In this document: positions 1 through 4,552 of the stretch, one piece after another
Layout: each line of letters starts with the position of its first letter
How positions within the stretch are numbered: position 1 is the first letter of the stretch
From: a virus
Lineage: Duplodnaviria; Heunggongvirae; Uroviricota; Caudoviricetes
Length of the DNA stretch: 4,648 nt
Virus record (IMG/VR): IMGVR_UViG_2645727715_000001
Location: 1 to 4,648 of that record
Direction: 5' to 3' (one strand)
The notes under the pieces: model-generated
Told to the model about the DNA's origin: nothing
The model's input: only the letters and a program-made list of their open reading frames with translations
The model's database searches: none
Made by a program: the position numbers and the translations under genes

Positions 1-303
1 CTACTGGATGAACGGGAAAGGAACCAGCAATACATCAAATCCCGCGACCAGGAGAACGAGGATATTGCGCTAACGGTAGGGAAGTTGCGCGTTGAGCTTG
101 AGGCAGAAAAACAGCGGGCAAAGGATCTGTTTATGGAAAATGCTCGGCTTAAGTCAGGTATAGCCGGTCTGATACACCTCGGTATTCGATATGCAGATGT
201 TGATGTCATGAAAATTGCTGGAGATGCCCAGCTTTCTACCCCATGCACTGACAGCATCATAAACAGCATTGCAACAGGCATTCGCATCAACGGAGGTGAG
301 TAG
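1..303 (+). CDS. 5-prime-truncated ORF continuing upstream of the window; hypothetical prophage protein, C-terminal ~100 aa with a charged helical stretch (LRVELEAEKQRAKDLFMENARLKS)
   Basis: Frame 1 is open from base 1 with no stop until TAG 301-303; the tool ORF 85-303 is only its TTG-initiated tail. Same strand and orientation as all downstream genes. Confidence 0.55.
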   Translation, partial: LLDERERNQQYIKSRDQENEDIALTVGKLRVELEAEKQRAKDLFMENARLKSGIAGLIHLGIRYADVDVMKIAGDAQLSTPCTDSIINSIATGIRINGGE

Positions 304-479
304 TGCGTGTGGCATGTATTGGCTTGTTACCGTACCCGACTCGTTTTTGGGCTTCTGCGCTAATTGCAAAGCCACAGGTCCTGATGGCTGACAACATCAC
401 CCCAGCACCAAAGCGCCGCCATACCGGTATTGCAGCGGCACGACGAGCAGCAAAGAGACGCAGGAGAGCAAAGCGATGA
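303..479 (+). CDS. Possible small ORF (58 aa, GTG start) with hydrophobic N-terminus and strongly Arg/Lys-rich C-terminus (AARRAAKRRRRAKR); below the 60-aa cut-off of the ORF track
   Basis: GTG at 303 overlaps the upstream stop (taGTG) and lies 6 nt after GGAGG (292-296); frame 3 is open to TGA 477-479, which overlaps the ATG of the next gene (ATGA). It fills an otherwise unusual 172-nt gap in a coupled operon. Alternative ATG at 384. Confidence 0.3.
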   Translation: MRVACIGLLPYPTRFWASALIAKPQVLMADNITPAPKRRHTGIAAARRAAKRRRRAKR

Positions 480-664
480 AAAACCGTAAAGCAAAGATTC
501 TGTTAGTTCGTAGAAACGCTCCTGGCGTCTGGCAGTGGGTGAGACTCAGCAACCGACGGATGGGGTTAATGAAACATTACGGGATGATGGATTGTTGGTT
601 TTGCAAAAAGCCCAGCGCGGCGCAAAACCGCTGGAAAAACCACTTGCGCACTAAAGGAGAGTGA
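476..664 (+). CDS. Small very basic protein, 62 aa (16 Lys/Arg vs 2 Asp/Glu); possible nucleic-acid-binding protein, function unknown
   Basis: ATG 476 preceded by AGGAG (462-466) at 9-nt spacing; stop TGA 662-664 followed 1 nt later by ATG 666 of the next gene. Confidence 0.55.
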   Translation: MKNRKAKILLVRRNAPGVWQWVRLSNRRMGLMKHYGMMDCWFCKKPSAAQNRWKNHLRTKGE

Positions 665-670
665 TATGGC
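653..670 (+). repeat. 18-bp gene-junction repeat AAAGGAGAGTGATATGGC, copy 1 (stop of ORF 476-664, RBS and start of ORF 666-1181)
   Basis: Exact identity with 1553-1570, read directly from sequence; both upstream proteins end in KGE. Confidence 0.9.
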
Positions 671-1181
671 GTTAACACACCGCGAACTCTGTCAGATTGC
701 GTACAAGTTCCTTAAGCGCAACGGGTTCAAGGTTTGTTTTCATGACCGCTTTATAGCTGTAACCAGTACCGGAGAACAGCCAGATGCTATGGGATTCAGA
801 AATTCAGCATCATGCCTGATAGAGGCGAAATGTTCTCGTGCTGACTTGTTGGCAGATAGAAAAAAGCGTTTTCGTAAAAATCCGTCTCTTGGAATGGGCG
901 ACTGGCGATTCTTTATTAGTGAGCCGGGAATTATTTCAATTGAGGATTTACCACCTGGCTGGGGATTACTTCACGTTGTTAACGGAAGAGTACGGAAAGT
1001 ACATGGGTGGCCCAAGGGTAATTGCTGTTGGGGTAATCCTGACGATAAGCCATTTACTGGAAATAAGCAGGTTGAATGCGATTACATGTTATCTGCATTA
1101 AGGCGTATGGAGTTGAGAGGGCACCTTAATGAAATATATGACGGTGTAATTGTTAATAAGAAAGAAGGAAACGCGGCATGA
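666..1181 (+). CDS. Putative PD-(D/E)xK-fold nuclease-like protein, 171 aa, with Cys/Trp-rich C-terminal region (GNCCWGNPDD...ECDY)
   Basis: ATG 666 with AGGAG 6 nt upstream. N-terminal region shows E7, P39-D40 followed by hydrophobic residues, then hydrophobic-IEAK (E53-x-K55) followed by a basic helix (RADLLADRKKRFRK), the classic spacing of a PD-(D/E)xK core. Stop overlaps next start (ATGA at 1178-1181). Fold assignment is motif-based only. Confidence 0.7.
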   Translation: MALTHRELCQIAYKFLKRNGFKVCFHDRFIAVTSTGEQPDAMGFRNSASCLIEAKCSRADLLADRKKRFRKNPSLGMGDWRFFISEPGIISIEDLPPGWGLLHVVNGRVRKVHGWPKGNCCWGNPDDKPFTGNKQVECDYMLSALRRMELRGHLNEIYDGVIVNKKEGNAA

Positions 1182-1564
1182 TCACTATTACCAAAGAGCG
1201 ACTGCTGACAATCAAGCAGTGGCGCGAAACATACGGACCTGGTAGCAACGTTGTACTGCCAGCAGAAGAAGCGGAAGAACTGGCACGGATTGCGCTGGCA
1301 TCGCTGGAAGCAAAACCAATAGGTGCTTTCCACATTGCAGAACAGCAGGTCGATGGCACAAGTGACTACATCAAGGATGGGGAGTGGCCTATTGATAATG
1401 GAATTATTGAGGTCTACGCCGCTCCACCCGTTCCAGTAGTACCGGAAGAAAAACCAATGCCTAATCCTCTTAGCATGTACGCGGTTGATGCTGTTGCCGC
1501 TATTGCAGAGGTGAGAGGCTGGAACGCCTGCCGCGCTGCAATGCTTCAGGGAAAAGGAGAGTGA
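1178..1564 (+). CDS. Hypothetical phage protein, 128 aa; paralog of the N-terminal half of the downstream 315-aa protein
   Basis: ATG 1178 overlapping upstream stop; GAAGGA 1164-1169 as RBS. Shares MxTITxE start, ELARI(A/V)LASLEA(K/E)P and (V/L)Y(A/T)(A/T)PP(V/A)P motifs with ORF 1772-2719, including a 34/35-nt identical DNA stretch. Confidence 0.75.
   Translation: MITITKERLLTIKQWRETYGPGSNVVLPAEEAEELARIALASLEAKPIGAFHIAEQQVDGTSDYIKDGEWPIDNGIIEVYAAPPVPVVPEEKPMPNPLSMYAVDAVAAIAEVRGWNACRAAMLQGKGE
1277..1311 (+). repeat. 35-bp in-frame repeat, copy 1 (GAACTGGCACGGATTGCGCTGGCATCGCTGGAAGC)
   Basis: 34/35 identity with 1937-1971; encodes ELARIALASLEA. Confidence 0.9.
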
Positions 1565-1570
1565 TATGGC
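1553..1570 (+). repeat. 18-bp gene-junction repeat AAAGGAGAGTGATATGGC, copy 2 (stop of ORF 1178-1564, RBS and start of ORF 1566-1775)
   Basis: Exact identity with 653-670. Confidence 0.9.
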
Positions 1571-1775
1571 TATTGCCGCAAGTTACACAATGCATCTCTA
1601 TTGTGACTGCCGCCAGTGTACGGAAGGTGTATATCCAGTGCCAGACTTCGGTGAGTATATAGGTACGTCATGGGCTGGCTGTGCAAAAGAGGCGCGCAAG
1701 GATGGCTGGCGAATAAAGCAAAGACAAACGCGTGCTTTTGCGCCTGGGCATAAAGTTTTGAGGATTAACAAATGA
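1566..1775 (+). CDS. Small Cys-rich protein, 69 aa (C13-x-C15-x2-C18 ... C39); possible zinc-ribbon-like protein
   Basis: ATG 1566 preceded by the same AAAGGAGAGTGAT junction as gene 666-1181; stop TGA 1773-1775 overlaps ATG 1772 of the next gene. Confidence 0.6.
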   Translation: MAIAASYTMHLYCDCRQCTEGVYPVPDFGEYIGTSWAGCAKEARKDGWRIKQRQTRAFAPGHKVLRINK

Positions 1776-2719
1776 CCACTATTACCAGAGAACAAGCTCT
1801 GAAAATTATTGAGGCAGCCGATGAGGTTATTAGTGCGCTGGCCGGAACTAACGAGGATGTTCACCCTGGTAGCGATAACATGCTACGCCTGTGGGATGAC
1901 CTGAATGACCGTTACGCGCCGCCGGAAATTGTGCGTGAACTGGCACGGATTGTGCTGGCATCGCTGGAAGCCGAGCCTGTTCTGTATCAGTCCTGCACTC
2001 GCCCCACCTGGAATAGCGGTGTTCCGTGGACGGAATGGAAAGAACGAAGTCGTGAGTGCTACGAAGACGATTTGCGCTTTACAGACACGCCTGACCATGC
2101 CGGTTGGATATACAAATGTCGAAAACTATATACCACTCCGCCAGCGCCGATAGCGTTAGAGGCCATTGAAAACGCAATTGAATACATCCGCAGTATCGCT
2201 TTTCACATCGATGAAGACGATTACCACGGCAAACATATTGCGTATTTCATGCAGCAAGCATTGGCCTGGCTGGAAGGGCATTCATGCAGCGACGACAGAC
2301 TGGGTAAAGCCGAGAATCAACCAGTACGCGGCAACCAGGCTGCCGAATCCAATCGCGATAATGAGTGGACTGGCAATCCTGATATTGATAACGCCATCAT
2401 CATGCTCGACCGCATAGATACGCTGGAAAATTGCGATGATGACCGTATTGAGGCTGTTAAGGCTGTTTTGCGTAGACTGGCTGGCAACTATCCGGTAATT
2501 CCGGATGGTTGGATAAGCTGTAGTGAGCGAATGCCTGAGAACATTCCCGGAAGTTGTAAAGAGTATCTGGTGTTTGATGGGCTTAATAATAAAGTTCATC
2601 ACGATTACTGGGTTGTCCCTGATGGAGACAGTGCGCCAGTTGCGTCGTTCTGGAATCATTACGGGGCACATGTAACTCACTGGATGCCTCTACCAGAACC
2701 GCCGCAGGAGGCGAAATGA
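1772..2719 (+). CDS. Phage protein, 315 aa, with C-terminal DUF551-like domain (family recalled from memory) and N-terminal module shared with ORF 1178-1564
   Basis: ATG 1772 with GAGGA 7 nt upstream. C-terminus IPDGWISCSERMPE...KEYLVFDG...HHDYWVV...FWNHYGAHVTHWMPLPEPP matches my recollection of the DUF551 pattern found in enterobacterial prophage proteins. Longest ORF in the window. Confidence 0.85.
   Translation: MTTITREQALKIIEAADEVISALAGTNEDVHPGSDNMLRLWDDLNDRYAPPEIVRELARIVLASLEAEPVLYQSCTRPTWNSGVPWTEWKERSRECYEDDLRFTDTPDHAGWIYKCRKLYTTPPAPIALEAIENAIEYIRSIAFHIDEDDYHGKHIAYFMQQALAWLEGHSCSDDRLGKAENQPVRGNQAAESNRDNEWTGNPDIDNAIIMLDRIDTLENCDDDRIEAVKAVLRRLAGNYPVIPDGWISCSERMPENIPGSCKEYLVFDGLNNKVHHDYWVVPDGDSAPVASFWNHYGAHVTHWMPLPEPPQEAK
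1937..1971 (+). repeat. 35-bp in-frame repeat, copy 2 (GAACTGGCACGGATTGTGCTGGCATCGCTGGAAGC)
   Basis: 34/35 identity with 1277-1311; encodes ELARIVLASLEA. Confidence 0.9.
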
Positions 2720-2976
2720 TGGATGTAAAAGAGAAGGTTTTGCAGGTGATGCGTTCCCGGGCTGCCCTGCAAGATAAAGCTCTCGGCGGGAAATATCCAT
2801 TCAGGATGGCAACCTGGAATCTGCGGTTGGCAATGGAGAAGGAATTTCCTGATGAAGAATGGCGTTCGGCAGATTTGCGCAAAATTCTTATGGAGATGGC
2901 TAAAGATGGAACAGTATCCAAAGATACCCATGCCAGCCGGATTGGTCAGGCGGTATGGAGACTGGAGGTGAGGTAA
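2716..2976 (+). CDS. Hypothetical small phage protein, 86 aa
   Basis: ATG 2716 overlaps upstream stop (ATGA) with strong AGGAGG (2705-2710) at 5-nt spacing; stop TAA 2974-2976. Confidence 0.65.
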   Translation: MMDVKEKVLQVMRSRAALQDKALGGKYPFRMATWNLRLAMEKEFPDEEWRSADLRKILMEMAKDGTVSKDTHASRIGQAVWRLEVR

Positions 2977-3050
2977 TAAGCTGGCCTGAAGCATTTGCGA
3001 TTGTAGGCGTAGCTATGGCGATTGCCGCTATTTTTATCTTCTGGGGGTAA
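2955..3050 (+). CDS. Candidate unannotated mini-ORF, 31 aa, single predicted transmembrane helix (METGGEVISWPEAFAIVGVAMAIAAIFIFWG)
   Basis: Frame 3 ATG 2955 to TAA 3048-3050. It exactly fills the only untranslated gap between 2976 and 3053, and its stop sits 2 nt before the ATG of the next gene. No good SD for ATG 2955; GGAGGTGAG at 2964-2972 is downstream of it. Speculative. Confidence 0.25.
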   Translation: METGGEVISWPEAFAIVGVAMAIAAIFIFWG

Positions 3051-3052
3051 CG

Positions 3053-3268
3053 ATGGGAAAATTAACTTTTGTAGTCGAATTTGAGGATGGCAAAGAGCCA
3101 CCTGTTAGCGCCAATCTTGATGTTGCTGGTGGCAGGCTGGTTTCGGTTCTATTTGGTGATTACCGCGACGACTTCTTTCAGCCTGAAGAAGTTGATGTAG
3201 TGCGAGAAGCATTAAACGAGCTAAGTGTTGATAACGATGATGCTCATGCGGAAATCATCAAAAAATGA
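3053..3268 (+). CDS. Small strongly acidic protein, 71 aa (17 Asp/Glu vs 7 Lys/Arg); candidate DNA-mimic or anti-defence-type protein (hypothesis only)
   Basis: ATG 3053 preceded by GGGGGT; residue composition counted directly from the translation; stop TGA 3266-3268. Confidence 0.65.
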   Translation: MGKLTFVVEFEDGKEPPVSANLDVAGGRLVSVLFGDYRDDFFQPEEVDVVREALNELSVDNDDAHAEIIKK

Positions 3269-3332
3269 ACTGACTACTCACTAAATTATCAATTATGGTG
3301 CTATCACCTACGACACCGAGAGAAAATTTATA

Positions 3333-3455
3333 ATGTCAAAAGTAAATGTTTTGATTTTTTCAGCAATTGTTGGCTTTGGTTTTACTGCCGGAGTGCAGAT
3401 TTATATTACGTGGGAAAAAATCATCAACTACGAATGGAGTTGTTTTATTAAGTGA
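3333..3455 (+). CDS. Candidate small membrane peptide, 40 aa (MSKVNVLIFSAIVGFGFTAGVQIYITWEKIINYEWSCFIK), one hydrophobic helix
   Basis: Frame 3 ATG 3333 to TGA 3453-3455 in the AT-rich segment. Ends 7 nt before ATG 3463, and its 3-prime end contains the GAGGT that would serve as RBS for the next gene. It competes with the TTG-initiated N-terminal extension of tool ORF 3367-3756. Confidence 0.35.
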   Translation: MSKVNVLIFSAIVGFGFTAGVQIYITWEKIINYEWSCFIK

Positions 3456-3462
3456 GGTAAGT

Positions 3463-3756
3463 ATGTGGAGAGGTAATAATCATGGCAAAAGCCAGATGAT
3501 ACTTACCGAATATAAGCTAGACCACAAAACCAATAAATCACGCTCAGTATATTTGCTCCGGCACAATAGCCGCGTAAGAAATACCGTGCTGGAACAAAAT
3601 CTGACAGTTGAAATGGATAATTGCGGGGGATTCAAGCCAACAATTTCGCTTGATGATTTTCCTCGTGGTTTAAGCGAAAGAGAAGCAATGCTGAAATTAG
3701 CAGAATGGCTACAAAGATTAAGCATTGCTATTGAAGATAACTGGTCTGAACCTTAA
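3463..3756 (+). CDS. Hypothetical protein, 97 aa if started at ATG 3463 (tool call 3367-3756 uses an upstream TTG)
   Basis: Frame 1 ORF ending TAA 3754-3756; ATG 3463 has GAGGT (3454-3458) upstream, though at short spacing; alternative in-frame ATG at 3496. Followed by a perfect hairpin-forming palindrome at 3789-3805. Confidence 0.5.
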   Translation: MWRGNNHGKSQMILTEYKLDHKTNKSRSVYLLRHNSRVRNTVLEQNLTVEMDNCGGFKPTISLDDFPRGLSEREAMLKLAEWLQRLSIAIEDNWSEP

Positions 3757-3788
3757 ATTTATATGATGACACTAAAACATTTTCTTGA

Positions 3789-3805
3789 CCGCCCATTATG
3801 GGCGG
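3789..3805. repeat. Perfect 17-bp palindrome CCGCCCA-TTA-TGGGCGG (7-bp GC-rich stem, 3-nt loop); possible RNA hairpin or dimeric-protein binding site
   Basis: Read directly; located 33 nt downstream of stop 3756; a TTGACC hexamer (3785-3790) abuts it. No U-tract follows on either strand. Confidence 0.6.
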
Positions 3806-3990
3806 CAGCCGCAGGCTATGACTTTAATTATATGGATTGCATGTCTTGTACTGCCAATGCATACGACCATTCGTTCATCCTGCTGTTTAATTCTTTAAGA
3901 ATATTGCCGGAAACAGTATTTCTTAGGTGATGGAATGACTGATATTGCCAAAATGAACATTGAAGAATGGACTAAGGAATGTGAAAAGAA

Positions 3991-4146
3991 ATGGCGCAAA
4001 AAGAAATGACCAGAATCACTGAAGAGCGCATATCAGAGATTATTTCCCGTATCGAAATGTATGGTCACGGTGCTGGATATACGGCAGATGAAGTATTGGA
4101 AATAGCCCAGCAGATGCTGGCCTTGAGACAAAAAAGAGCAACATGA
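3991..4146 (+). CDS. Possible short ORF, 51 aa (MAQKEMTRITEERISEIISRIEMYGHGAGYTADEVLEIAQQMLALRQKRAT); may be a fragment of a disrupted gene
   Basis: Frame 1 ATG 3991 to TGA 4144-4146. It is overlapped by a 24-codon ORF (3935-4009, frame 2, good AGGTGA RBS) and followed by a frame 2 ORF, so the region looks frame-broken. Confidence 0.3.
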   Translation: MAQKEMTRITEERISEIISRIEMYGHGAGYTADEVLEIAQQMLALRQKRAT

Positions 4147-4162
4147 AAGCAATACGTGTAGA

Positions 4163-4552
4163 TTGAATTTTGAGCAGTGGCTGGAACAGCAACGCGGGAA
4201 AATCGATGTGGACTGTGGTTGTGTGTCCACTGAAACATTCATGCACTGGCTGCGGGTAGCTTACGAGGCTGGCAACTATCCGGATATTCCGGATAGTTCG
4301 GCGCAAGCACCAGGGAAGGGGGGGCTTCCCCGGAGAGCGGATTCGAATTAAGCCGCATGTTTACCGTGAACTGGTTAACCGCCTCCACGATACAGCGATC
4401 AAGTGTGCTGGCACCCAGCAATTACGGGAAAGAATTAGCCGCGTTTTTGGCGAAGTTATTACACCAGATCGTCATAAACAAGCCGAGAAAAGCGGTCTGG
4501 AAAGGAGTCATCTTGAAGCGGCATTAAACATTAAACCGGGCAGTACGCTAGT
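4163..4552 (+). pseudogene. Frame-disrupted or mis-sequenced gene: frame 2 ORF (4163-4351, TTG start) continues without any start codon in frame 3 from 4260 to the end of reliable sequence
   Basis: Frame 3 is open from 4260 onward but has no ATG/GTG/TTG; the frame 2 to frame 3 switch coincides with a G7 run (4318-4324). Deleting one G would join the two into one ORF (...APGKGGFPGERIRIKPHVYRELVNRLHDTAIKC...). Confidence 0.35.
4276..4296. repeat. 21-bp inverted repeat CTATCCGGA-TAT-TCCGGATAG (9-bp arms); also a direct repeat of TCCGGATA
   Basis: Read directly; lies inside ORF 4163-4351, encoding YPDIPDS. Confidence 0.5.

Noticed and set aside
154-375. Minus-strand ORF (73 aa) from the ORF track
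   Set aside because: Lies antisense to the 3-prime end of the plus-strand ORF ending at 303 and the coupled junction; no RBS context examined supports it; the whole region is organised as a plus-strand operon.
838-1101. Plus-strand alternate-frame ORF (87 aa) inside gene 666-1181
   Set aside because: Fully embedded out of frame within a longer ORF that has a good RBS and coupled junctions; likely a shadow ORF.
1082-1359. Two overlapping minus-strand ORFs (83 and 68 aa)
   Set aside because: Antisense to the junction of two well-supported coupled plus-strand genes; no independent support.
1598-2098. Minus-strand ORFs 1598-1864 and 1883-2098
   Set aside because: Antisense shadows of plus-strand genes 1566-1775 and 1772-2719.
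1905-2417. Plus-strand alternate-frame ORFs 1905-2153 and 2166-2417
   Set aside because: Embedded out of frame inside the 315-aa gene, which carries a recognisable C-terminal domain in its own frame.
2282-2994. Three minus-strand ORFs (132, 112 and 105 aa)
   Set aside because: All antisense to coupled plus-strand genes 1772-2719 and 2716-2976; the longest open frame on the sense strand explains the region better.
3329-3334. TATAAT hexamer as a -10 promoter element
   Set aside because: It overlaps the ATG at 3333 so cannot drive that gene, and no properly spaced -35 was found; likely just AT-rich sequence.
3367-3462. TTG-initiated N-terminal extension of ORF 3367-3756 proposed by the ORF track
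   Set aside because: Requires a TTG start with no obvious RBS and overlaps, out of frame, a cleaner ATG-initiated hydrophobic mini-ORF; ATG 3463 with upstream GAGGT is preferred, though not proven.
3480-3725. Minus-strand ORF (81 aa)
   Set aside because: Antisense to ORF 3463-3756 in an AT-rich region where spurious ORFs are less expected on the sense strand but stop-poor antisense frames still occur; no start context support.
3789-3805. Calling the palindrome a rho-independent terminator
   Set aside because: No U-rich tract follows the stem on either strand, so only a generic hairpin or binding-site call is justified.
4033-4306. Two minus-strand ORFs (69 and 88 aa) near the 3-prime end
   Set aside because: Overlap the frame-broken plus-strand region; sequence quality here is doubtful and neither has distinguishing features.
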